A program made the translations under genes and the position numbers. The notes beneath the pieces are model-generated. The model ran no database searches. It worked only from the letters and a program-made list of their open reading frames with translations, and was not told the DNA's origin. From Chitinophagaceae bacterium (GTDB lineage Bacteria; Bacteroidota; Bacteroidia; Chitinophagales; Chitinophagaceae), in contig CANFHA010000009.1 in the NCBI GenBank assembly GCA_947446645.1, forward strand, positions 73,179-137,178: a stretch of DNA of 64,000 nt. Direction: 5' to 3'. This document shows positions 20,069 through 28,751 of this stretch, piece by piece. Positions within the stretch are counted from its first letter, which is position 1; every line of letters starts with the position of its first letter.

Positions 20069-23000
20069 TTAGAGGTCATCAATCTCTGTTACTTTATCTT
20101 CTTCGGGCCTTATAAGCTCATACCTTTTAGCAAAGTTGCACCAGTGGCAGGTTTCCTTACCGCAACCCTTGTCAAACTCATGGTTCATTATCCGGCTATA
20201 AGTATCCTTTATTTGTCCACGCACTATTTCTTCATCCTGTGCAAATACCGGCACTACTATTTGCTTATACTCACCGTTTTTATTTTTCTGCACAAAGTCA
20301 AACATACCGAGTGTCACCTTCCAGTTCTTATCCTCATAGTTTTCAAGCAGTAGCTTATAGAAAACCATTTGCCGCCAGTAGTCGCCGCCCAGTGGTTCTT
20401 TCTCATTTGGGGGTGCTGTGTTTGGTGTCGCTGATTTGTCAGGGTCACCGGTTTTATAATCCACCACCTTGCAGTTGTTTCCGCTCAGCTCTATCTTATC
20501 TATTTTGCCGGTCACAGGTACTCCGTCCAGTATATAGCGGGGCACTTTAAATTCTATCTCCACATCTTTTGACCAGGTGTTTATATAGTGGTCGTAGTAC
20601 TCCGTAAGTAAGGCATGCCCCTGTTCCATCCTGCGGTCAAACTGCACCGGGGTAAAGCACGATGCTTCAGAATAGAGCGCAGAGTTGAAGGTACCCAGCA
20701 CATGGTCCTTATCCGGGAACTCACCGTTTTTCTCCTTCATGTCACGAAACATCCGCTCCAGTGCATAGTGCACGGCACTACCAAAGGCCAGCGCATCATT
20801 TTTCTGGAAGGGCACCTTAAGCACCGTTTCGTAATAGAACGCCAGCGGGCAACGCAGGAATTTAGACAATGCTGTATAGCTCATAATGAACTGCTGCAGT
20901 ACACGTTCTATCCATTCAGCATTGGCCATTTTTATTCGTACCTCAGGCACGGGCTGCAGTGCCCACTGCATATGCTTTATCAGTTCATCACCAGGTACCG
21001 CCCGTGCTTCACGTTCTTCTGCACTGCTTATCTCATCAATAAATACTGAGCTCTCAATGGCCTTGCCGGCATTATCGTTCAGGGCATAAGACACCTGCAG
21101 GTATTTCTTTGCCCGGGTAAGGGCCACGAAAAACAGCCTTCTTGCCACTTCCGTTTTATAGCTCTTCTCCGGGTCTTCATCAGTGGCGGTTATCGTATCA
21201 GGCATGCGGTACTCATTGCCTCCGCCCCGCTTACCTTCCCAATAGTTCTTTGTCACACCTACTAGGTATACGTATTCAAACTCATTTCCCTTCGCGCTGT
21301 GCGTGGTATAGAAGTGAACACCATTCTCATGCTGTATCACCCGCTGCAGGGGCACCGCTATGTTCTCATCGTTCATCCGGTCTATCATTTGTAAAAACTC
21401 CACCGGCTTTATTTTCGGGTTGCGCCCGTAGGTTTCCTTTACAAACTCAAAGAAGGTATATAGCGCCTGTATATTCCATACGTGATCAGTAGTTCTTACC
21501 TGGTGGGCCACAATGCCGCTTTCGTGTACTATCTTTTCTATGAGCAGTGGCAATGGCAGGCTCAGCTGTGCCTTCTCCCATTGGTCAAGATTATTTCCCA
21601 GTCGCTGCAGGGCCTTTGCTGATCGCAGGTTCAGTGATTCTATCAGCAATGGGTTCGACAGCAGCAGTCGCCATTTCACTGGCCCTCGTTCTTTACGGCT
21701 ATTGCTGATATATAGCGAAAGCATAGCAATATCAGTAGGTTCTATACCGTAGTAGGGAGCATGCATTATTTCAAACAATACTTCCTCACCGTCAAATGTC
21801 TTTTTGCGTTCCAGTTCCAGGTAGCGCAGTACATTGAATATTTGTTCCGTAAGAGGAAGTTCCAGAATGTTTACGGGCTTTTTCACATTATAGGGTATGC
21901 CCTTGCGGTCCATAAGCGCCATAATGTTCTCTGCCTGCTTATGCTGTGCATACAGTATAGCTACCTCGCTCAGTGGTTTTCCTTCCTGCTGCATTTTTTC
22001 TATCTGCATTACCAGTTCGGCCTCTTCCTGCAGTATGTTGTTATATACCTTCACCACAGGTACCACATTCTCATTGCCATCTTTAAACCGGGTGCCGGCA
22101 GATATGATGTTCTTATCAAGCCCCAGGTCAGACAGTTGGTTTATCAACCGGTTCTTATTATTCTCTATGCTGGCCATTGCCTTATCCAGTATGGCCTGCG
22201 ATGAGCGGTAGTTGTGCGGCAGCACCACTATTTTTATATGCTCACGGTATCGCTCATAAAAGTCAACAATGTTGCGTATGCGCGCGCCCTGAAATTCATA
22301 AATGCTCTGGTCATCATCGCCTACTACAAAAATGTTCGGGTCGTCCCAGTAAGAAGTAAGATAAGTAATGAGCTCGCTTTGCGCCCCGTTTGTATCCTGG
22401 AACTCATCTGCCAGTATAAACTGGTATCGCTCCTGGTAGCTCTGCAGCAGCGCCGGGTTGTTTTTAAACGCATCCAGCACCCAGATGATCATGTCGTTGA
22501 AGTCATAGCGGCCCCACTCCTTCATCATTTTGTCGTATGAATCGAACAGCAGCGCGGCTCCCCTGGTGGCCTCCATCTTCCTCATTTCCTCTTCCACCAG
22601 TTTTTCCTTTACATCGCCCTTTTTGTATCCCTTTCCGTTTCGCTGGTATATGTATTCCTCACGTGTGGGCAGGTCTATTATGTAGTCGTCTATAGCTTTA
22701 GAGATGTATTGCGGATCAAGGTGCTCCCGCTTCATCACGTCAAACAGGCGATTCAGCTTACCGGCATCAAAGTAGATGTTGCCGCTTAGTTTCCTCAGCA
22801 CATGGCCCTGTGGTAGCTCATCCAGTATTTTATACAGCAGCTCGGTGCGCTCCAGGTCGCTTATGGGCTGCAGGCTGCGCAGGCTGAAGTACTCACTGTT
22901 TTTTTGAATTACGTTGTTGCAAAATGAGTGGAACGTATGAATGTTCACCTTATGCGCTGCCGGGCCGGTTATCTGTACCAGCCTGCGCCGCATGGAGTTA

Positions 23001-23218
23001 GTGGCTTCATCCGTATACGTGAGGCAAAGAATCTCGTGTGGTTGCACCTGTGCTTCACTCCGCATCAGGTTCGCTATGCGCATAGACAGCACTTCCGTTT
23101 TGCCGGTACCGGGCCCGGCTATCACCATCACAGCGCCGTATATAGTGTCTACGGCTTCCTTCTGCCGGTCATTCAGCGCATTATACCGTTCCTTGAACAG
23201 GCTTTCATCTATAGTCAT
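20069..23218 (-). CDS. UvrD/Rep-family helicase with C-terminal PD-(D/E)XK nuclease
   Basis: AGPGTGKT, DEFQDTN, VGDDDQSIYEFQGA, HSAKGNEF, FVALTRAK; GKIDKI..VVDYKTG. Confidence 0.93.
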   Translation of the reverse strand: MTIDESLFKERYNALNDRQKEAVDTIYGAVMVIAGPGTGKTEVLSMRIANLMRSEAQVQPHEILCLTYTDEATNSMRRRLVQITGPAAHKVNIHTFHSFCNNVIQKNSEYFSLRSLQPISDLERTELLYKILDELPQGHVLRKLSGNIYFDAGKLNRLFDVMKREHLDPQYISKAIDDYIIDLPTREEYIYQRNGKGYKKGDVKEKLVEEEMRKMEATRGAALLFDSYDKMMKEWGRYDFNDMIIWVLDAFKNNPALLQSYQERYQFILADEFQDTNGAQSELITYLTSYWDDPNIFVVGDDDQSIYEFQGARIRNIVDFYERYREHIKIVVLPHNYRSSQAILDKAMASIENNKNRLINQLSDLGLDKNIISAGTRFKDGNENVVPVVKVYNNILQEEAELVMQIEKMQQEGKPLSEVAILYAQHKQAENIMALMDRKGIPYNVKKPVNILELPLTEQIFNVLRYLELERKKTFDGEEVLFEIMHAPYYGIEPTDIAMLSLYISNSRKERGPVKWRLLLSNPLLIESLNLRSAKALQRLGNNLDQWEKAQLSLPLPLLIEKIVHESGIVAHQVRTTDHVWNIQALYTFFEFVKETYGRNPKIKPVEFLQMIDRMNDENIAVPLQRVIQHENGVHFYTTHSAKGNEFEYVYLVGVTKNYWEGKRGGGNEYRMPDTITATDEDPEKSYKTEVARRLFFVALTRAKKYLQVSYALNDNAGKAIESSVFIDEISSAEEREARAVPGDELIKHMQWALQPVPEVRIKMANAEWIERVLQQFIMSYTALSKFLRCPLAFYYETVLKVPFQKNDALAFGSAVHYALERMFRDMKEKNGEFPDKDHVLGTFNSALYSEASCFTPVQFDRRMEQGHALLTEYYDHYINTWSKDVEIEFKVPRYILDGVPVTGKIDKIELSGNNCKVVDYKTGDPDKSATPNTAPPNEKEPLGGDYWRQMVFYKLLLENYEDKNWKVTLGMFDFVQKNKNGEYKQIVVPVFAQDEEIVRGQIKDTYSRIMNHEFDKGCGKETCHWCNFAKRYELIRPEEDKVTEIDDL

Positions 23219-23442
23219 ATGTTTTTCTAAAAACTGAAGTTAAGAAAAATGGTGCCACACCCATTGTTCATCTGAATTGCGGATCACCTGCACGGCCGGT
23301 ATATACCTAACCAAAACGCCTTTGCCTGTTATTCATCAGGTTTTCAAAGTTAATGAACACAGATACCTCTTTCCTCTACTCTCTTCTAAAATACGAACAC
23401 CGGGGCAAACCCGGTGCTCACTGTTTTTTTTAATAATGAGGG

Positions 23443-24165
23443 TCAAAGCTTAGTCTCCCGCAGCAGGTCGCTTTCCTCAATAAACCCGCTATGGCTCCAG
23501 GTAAGCTTTCCATGCTCATATAGCTCCAGGTAGGGTATTCCGGATATGCCTTTCTGCTTCATCAGCTCACTGTTTTCGTCCGCATCTATCTTTACCAGTG
23601 CCAGCTTGTCTTTGCGCTTTTCAGCAAATGCCTCCAGTACCGGCAGCATTTTCTTGCAGGGTTCGCACCACCTGGCATTGTAGTCTACCAGTACATACTT
23701 TGCATCTGTGGTCAATTTGGTTAGTTGTTCTGCGGTCATCCCTCTCACTGCAGCAGCCGTTCCTTTATCTACCGGTTTATCGGCGCCGTTCCATTTCATC
23801 ATACCGCCTTCCATATTATACACCTCGGCAAATCCCATATCCTCCATCTTACTTGCAGCCTTTGAACTTCTTCCGCCGGAGAGGCAATATACAAGCACAG
23901 GCTTGCCTTTGTCCAGCTTGCCAATCTTACCTACAAAGTCATCCCCGTTATAGTCAATGTTTACTGCATTCTTCAGGTGGCCGGCGGCATATTCTTCAGG
24001 CGTCCGCACATCTACCAGCTGCGCATTTGATGTTGCGGCCAGCTTCTGTTCAAATTCCGCTACAGGTATATTCTGTTTTACTGCCTCGTGATGTTCGCCC
24101 GGTGTCTGGCACGATGCCATATTCACCATTGCAGCCAGGAATATTATAAATGTCAGTCGTCTCAT
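23443..24165 (-). CDS. lipoprotein: rhodanese-thioredoxin fusion
   Basis: Lipobox MASC; DVRTPEEY..GH, YCLSGGRS; WCEPC. Confidence 0.9.
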   Translation of the reverse strand: MRRLTFIIFLAAMVNMASCQTPGEHHEAVKQNIPVAEFEQKLAATSNAQLVDVRTPEEYAAGHLKNAVNIDYNGDDFVGKIGKLDKGKPVLVYCLSGGRSSKAASKMEDMGFAEVYNMEGGMMKWNGADKPVDKGTAAAVRGMTAEQLTKLTTDAKYVLVDYNARWCEPCKKMLPVLEAFAEKRKDKLALVKIDADENSELMKQKGISGIPYLELYEHGKLTWSHSGFIEESDLLRETKL

Positions 24166-25847
24166 ACAGTTTCTGTTTTTAGTTGCTTGGTGCTTACACT
24201 CGCCTCATCCATGCATTGCTTCCACAGCCGGTACCCACCTGATAGATTCAATACATGGCTATATCCGTTTTGCTTCAATATCCGTTGTGCAAGATAGCCA
24301 CGAAGCCCCGCCTCGCAATAAATATAAATGTTCTTTTCTTTAGGAATCTCGGCCAGGCGGTTGCGCAGTTCATCTATCGGTATGTTGGTAGCTTCAGCAA
24401 TACTTCCTGCCGCAAACTCTTCCGGGCTTCTCACATCCAGCAGCATTTCTTCAGCACCTATTTTCGGGAATTCGTTCCAGTAGAAAACACTGAGCCTTTT
24501 CTCTAAAATATTCTCAGCTGTAAAGCCGGCCATGTTTACCGGGTCTTTTGCCGATGAGTATGGTGGTGCATAAGCGTGTTCAAATTCTACAAGGTCATGC
24601 ACTGTGGCATTTATTTTTATTATAGATGCCAGCACATCCAGTCTTTTATCTGCGCCTTCATATCCTGCTACCTGCGCACCCAGCAGTTTACCTTCGGGTG
24701 AAAAGGTTATTTGTATGGTCATCGATTGTGAGCCCGGGTAATAGCCGGCATGCGATCCGCTGCTTGTCGTGGACACTACATGCTTTATACCGGCACGCTC
24801 CAGGTGCTTGGCAGCTACACCGGTAGTACCCACGGTCATATCAAACACCTTCACTATAGCCGTATTAATGGAGCCATTGTATTGCTGCACATTTCCCAGC
24901 ACTATGTTGTTGGCACATATACGGCCCTGTTTGTTTGCTGGTCCTGCCAGGTAGGTGATCATCGATTGGTGTGTGATGGGGTTTGTATACTCTATAGCAT
25001 CACCCACAGCATATATGTCCGGGTCAGATGTCTGGAGGTATTCATTCACAAGTATTCCTTTCGCACTTCCGGTTTCCAGTCCTGCGGCAACTGCCAGCCT
25101 GGTATCCGGCCGCACACCTATCGACAATATCACTATGCTGGCCTCTATACTATCTCCGTTGTCCAGTAGCACTTTTAATCCGTTTGCTTCTTGTTCAAAG
25201 CCTGCAACTGCGGTGCTTAGTCTCAGTTTCACTCCCTTACTTCTTATATGCTGTTGCACCATCGCTGCTATAGGGAAGTCAACCGGGGCCAGCACCTGGT
25301 TGCCCATTTCCACAATGGTTACGTCCAGGCCGGCACTCAGCAGGTTTTCGGCCATCTCCAGTCCTATAAATCCACCGCCTATGATTACGGCTTTTCCACC
25401 CTTCTTTTTTAAAACATAGCTTTTAATGTAGTCAGTATCAGTAACATTCCGCAGGGTAAAGATCCCTTCCAGTCCTATGCCGGGTAATGGTGGCCTTAAC
25501 GGCTCCGCGCCTGGTGACAATACCAGCTTGTCATACTGCTCTTCATACTCCCTTCCGCTTACAAGATCTATAGCCTTTACTGTTTTTCTTTCTTTGTCAA
25601 TGGCCGTTACCTCTGTCTTCACCCGCACATCTATGTTGAACCTGCTGTTGAATGATGCAGCAGTCTGCACAAAAAGCCGGTCGCGTTCCTTTATCACATC
25701 GCCTATGTAGTAGGGCAACCCGCAATTGGCATAGGATATATAAGCGCCCTTTTCAAAAATTACGATCTCCGCCTGCTCATCAAGTCTTCGCAGTCTTGCT
25801 GCAGTGCTGGCGCCGCCGGCCACCGCTCCCACTATTACATACTTCAT
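24162..25847 (-). CDS. cdr: CoA-disulfide reductase with C-terminal rhodanese domain
   Basis: GAVAGGAS, SYANCGLPY, GGGFIGLE, YAVGD, YAPPYS, YCEAGLRG. Confidence 0.93.
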   Translation of the reverse strand: MKYVIVGAVAGGASTAARLRRLDEQAEIVIFEKGAYISYANCGLPYYIGDVIKERDRLFVQTAASFNSRFNIDVRVKTEVTAIDKERKTVKAIDLVSGREYEEQYDKLVLSPGAEPLRPPLPGIGLEGIFTLRNVTDTDYIKSYVLKKKGGKAVIIGGGFIGLEMAENLLSAGLDVTIVEMGNQVLAPVDFPIAAMVQQHIRSKGVKLRLSTAVAGFEQEANGLKVLLDNGDSIEASIVILSIGVRPDTRLAVAAGLETGSAKGILVNEYLQTSDPDIYAVGDAIEYTNPITHQSMITYLAGPANKQGRICANNIVLGNVQQYNGSINTAIVKVFDMTVGTTGVAAKHLERAGIKHVVSTTSSGSHAGYYPGSQSMTIQITFSPEGKLLGAQVAGYEGADKRLDVLASIIKINATVHDLVEFEHAYAPPYSSAKDPVNMAGFTAENILEKRLSVFYWNEFPKIGAEEMLLDVRSPEEFAAGSIAEATNIPIDELRNRLAEIPKEKNIYIYCEAGLRGYLAQRILKQNGYSHVLNLSGGYRLWKQCMDEASVSTKQLKTETV

Positions 25848-25850
25848 CTG

Positions 25851-26156
25851 CTAAATTTTATATTTTTCTATGATACTCTTCAGGTGGCTGGCCGCAACTA
25901 CGCCCGACTGCCGCCATAAAACTTTTCCCTCCCTGAACAGGAGTAGCGTGGGCACCCCCGAAATACTATAGGCTCTCGCAAGGCTGCTGTTATTGTCTAC
26001 GTCTACTTTTAATATTGTTGCGTCATCGCCTACCGATTCCTTGAGCTGTTTCAGTATAGGTGCCATCATTTTACATGGCCCGCACCACTCCGCCGAAAAA
26101 TCGACCAGCACCGGCTTACTGCCGTTAATTATTTCTGAGAACGTTTTTGTTTCCAT
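25851..26156 (-). CDS. trxA: thioredoxin
   Basis: VDFSAEWCGPCK, GVPT. Confidence 0.95.
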   Translation of the reverse strand: METKTFSEIINGSKPVLVDFSAEWCGPCKMMAPILKQLKESVGDDATILKVDVDNNSSLARAYSISGVPTLLLFREGKVLWRQSGVVAASHLKSIIEKYKI

Positions 26157-26158
26157 AA

Positions 26159-26416
26159 CTATTTTATTTCTTCAAACTCTACGTGTTCTTGCTCTGTGCT
26201 GGCGGGCTTTGCTTTTCTTACCGGTGGGTTATAACATCCCTGGCTGCCGCAGCATCCGGTATCCATAATTCCCTGGTACAGGAAAAATATACTGGCTAGG
26301 CCCATAGCCCAGTCCTTACCCTGCAGACCCATCACCAGGAACATTATACCTATTCCTACGCGTACTATCCGCATCAGGTGCCAGTTGGTAAAGAGCCTTT
26401 GTTTCAGGTTGTTCAT
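26159..26416 (-). CDS. small membrane protein with GCCGSQGC motif (DUF2892-like)
   Basis: 85 aa, two hydrophobic segments, translationally coupled in the operon. Confidence 0.75.
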   Translation of the reverse strand: MNNLKQRLFTNWHLMRIVRVGIGIMFLVMGLQGKDWAMGLASIFFLYQGIMDTGCCGSQGCYNPPVRKAKPASTEQEHVEFEEIK

Positions 26417-26727
26417 CTTTCAAATCTTTTAAGGTTGTACCAGCTGCCAGCGTTGTGCACTTCGCTGAAGCCATTGTTTTGCAGCATAGATTTTGCTGAG
26501 CCGCTGCGCATGCCCGATGCGCAACAGGTGATCACAGGTTTATCTTTCTTCAGTTTTGCCATCTGGCTGGCCAGCGCAGCTAGCGGTATGTTTATGGATC
26601 CTTTAATATGTCCTCCTGCATATTCGCCCGGCGTGCGCACGTCCACTATCGTTGCCCCTCTTGACATCACTTCTGCCAGGTCTGCTTTAGGGCCTATGCC
26701 CAACATCTTTTTGATCTTTTCCAGCAT
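26413..26727 (-). CDS. rhodanese-like domain protein
   Basis: DVRTPGEY.GGH, CCASGMRS; start placed at MLEKIKK just after the upstream stop. Confidence 0.9.
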   Translation of the reverse strand: MLEKIKKMLGIGPKADLAEVMSRGATIVDVRTPGEYAGGHIKGSINIPLAALASQMAKLKKDKPVITCCASGMRSGSAKSMLQNNGFSEVHNAGSWYNLKRFER

Positions 26728-26728
26728 C

Positions 26729-27007
26729 TTAGTTGTTTTTATAGTAGTTAACGTTTGTCCATGGTCCGCCATCTATGCAGGCAACGCCTTGCTGCTGCAG
26801 GAATATACTCGCCTGGTGGCTGCGCCCGCCTGATGCGCAGCACAGCACTATCTGGCCGGCTTCCCTAAGCATATTCACATGTTCAGGTATTTCGCTCAGC
26901 GGTATATTTATACTATCTGCCACATGCCCGCCCATAAATTCTACAGGTGTGCGCACATCCACCACTTTAGTTTCCCCTGATTTAAGTATTTCCGAAAGCT
27001 CTGCCAT
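26729..27007 (-). CDS. rhodanese-like domain protein
   Basis: DVRTPVEFMGGH, CCASGGRS. Confidence 0.9.
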   Translation of the reverse strand: MAELSEILKSGETKVVDVRTPVEFMGGHVADSINIPLSEIPEHVNMLREAGQIVLCCASGGRSHQASIFLQQQGVACIDGGPWTNVNYYKNN

Positions 27008-27021
27008 TTTACATTTCTTTT

Positions 27022-27225
27022 TTATGATTTAGATTCTTCTTTTTTAAGTATTTCCGCAGCCAACAAACCCATCACCGCGCCATATAGCGAGCTGTTGCGT
27101 GGGTCTGAGGTAATAGCACAATTGCCGGAGGCACACCCCACAAAGCGCCAATAGCACCATCCGCCAACAGCGCCAAGTACTAATCCCGCGATCGGTGACT
27201 TGTACTTTGATATAAACCGCTTCAT
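27022..27225 (-). CDS. small membrane protein (DUF6132-like)
   Basis: GLVLGAVGGWCYWRFVGCASGNCAITSDP. Confidence 0.8.
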   Translation of the reverse strand: MKRFISKYKSPIAGLVLGAVGGWCYWRFVGCASGNCAITSDPRNSSLYGAVMGLLAAEILKKEESKS

Positions 27226-27434
27226 TTATTATCTGTGCTTTTGGTAGTGCGTATTCCAAACACCATGTACAGTGGACAAAAGCCTAAAAAACTGGTAAGA
27301 ATGAAGATTGCGGACACGGCCAGCAATGCAATGGCGATCGTGCCACTGATCACGTTTCCGAAATACAATGCAACTACTATAGCTGCTATCAAAATGCGTA
27401 TTGCACGATCTGCGGTACCCATGTTCTTTTTCAT
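27222..27434 (-). CDS. DUF2892 (YgaP-like) membrane protein
   Basis: MKKNMGTADRAIR...GFCPLY..FGIRT. Confidence 0.9.
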   Translation of the reverse strand: MKKNMGTADRAIRILIAAIVVALYFGNVISGTIAIALLAVSAIFILTSFLGFCPLYMVFGIRTTKSTDNK

Positions 27435-27498
27435 AAAGTTGTTTTATTTGAGAACAAAGATCGCACGCCGCACAACTGTAGTTTGGAACAAATGTTCC

Positions 27499-28134
27499 CT
27501 AACTGGAGAAAAGTTCTATCGTATTTCTGCCCAGCTTCAGTATGTTCTTTGATTCCATGGTGCGCAGCAGCCTGCTTATTGCTTCGCGGTGGGTATGCAG
27601 CTCGTCGGCTATTTGCTGGTGTGTTATATACAGTGCTGTCGATCCTGCGGCTTTACACCTTTCCTGCAGGTAGTGCAACACCTGTTTATCCATATTGCTG
27701 AATGCTATCAGGTCTATTACTTCAATAAGCTCGGCAAACCTGCTGCCATAAGTACTGTTCACAAAAGTTTTCCATTCCGGGTATTTAAACCAATCTTCTA
27801 CAAGGTTCACTGGTATCTGCAGTATCTCACTGTCCTCTTCAGCTATAGCTTTCACCATGCTTCGTTTACGTGACTGGCAGCAGTTTATAGCCATAGCACA
27901 TGTCTGGCCAGGGTACAGGTGATACAGAAATATTTCTTTCTCATCCTCATTCTGCCTTATTATCCGCAATACACCCTTCTGTACTATAGGCACAAAAACT
28001 ACTTCATCGCCCGGTGCCATCAGTACCGAATCACGCTTCACTTGTTTTATCCGTCCAAACTTCCTGATCTCATCTTGTAGCCTTGCATCTGTGAATAAAG
28101 AGTCGGACATGATTGTAGTTGCTTTAAAAAACAA
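27499..28134 (-). CDS. Crp/Fnr family transcriptional regulator
   Basis: cNMP-like domain (EIFLYHLYPGQTC) and HTH ITHQQIADELHTHREAISRLL. Confidence 0.92.
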   Translation of the reverse strand: MFFKATTIMSDSLFTDARLQDEIRKFGRIKQVKRDSVLMAPGDEVVFVPIVQKGVLRIIRQNEDEKEIFLYHLYPGQTCAMAINCCQSRKRSMVKAIAEEDSEILQIPVNLVEDWFKYPEWKTFVNSTYGSRFAELIEVIDLIAFSNMDKQVLHYLQERCKAAGSTALYITHQQIADELHTHREAISRLLRTMESKNILKLGRNTIELFSS

Positions 28135-28297
28135 ATATCTGGTTACAACAAAGTTAGAATATTGGAAACGAACCAGTTGCGAACAAATTGACGCCAGGTC
28201 CTCTGATATGCTACATGGCGCTCCCAGTAAGTGTTAACAATTTTTTAGCCTCCTATTTGTTTTAGGCAAGCTATTTTTATCTTTCTTTGTAAAGCAC

Positions 28298-28621
28298 ATG
28301 CGCAAACTGTTGGCCATATTCTTTCTTACCGTTTTCTCCTTCCAGGTTTTACCGCTGAAGGTGATAGGTAAGTTATTGAATTCCGGTCAGAATACAGAAG
28401 AAGTGCATAACGACGATGCGCCTGAAGATGGTGCCGGTGGTAAGCTTGCCAAGTTTGGAGATGATCTCCTCGTCTTTCACCAGGATGCCCCCGACCTTTT
28501 TGCAAGCCGCCAGTATTTCGATGTAAAGGTTATCGCCTTCATTCACCGGGAGGAGTCCTTACCATCAGTTCACGTTGCCGAGATTCCATCTCCCCCTCCC
28601 GATACTTCAGTCTTCATTTAA
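28298..28621 (+). CDS. small exported/leader-type ORF ending H..EIPSPPPD
   Basis: 107 aa; hydrophobic N-terminus, His/acidic middle, C-terminal PPP. Confidence 0.75.
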   Translation: MRKLLAIFFLTVFSFQVLPLKVIGKLLNSGQNTEEVHNDDAPEDGAGGKLAKFGDDLLVFHQDAPDLFASRQYFDVKVIAFIHREESLPSVHVAEIPSPPPDTSVFI

Positions 28622-28751
28622 TGTTCATCCGCCTTTGCCGGGTGCTACGCTGCGTGCTATGGTAATGCCATAAGTCCGTTACTTTCCTACTACCTTTTTT
28701 ATTACCCATGCTGTGCCATGTTCTTGGCTGCAGCTATAAATCATTCATTTT

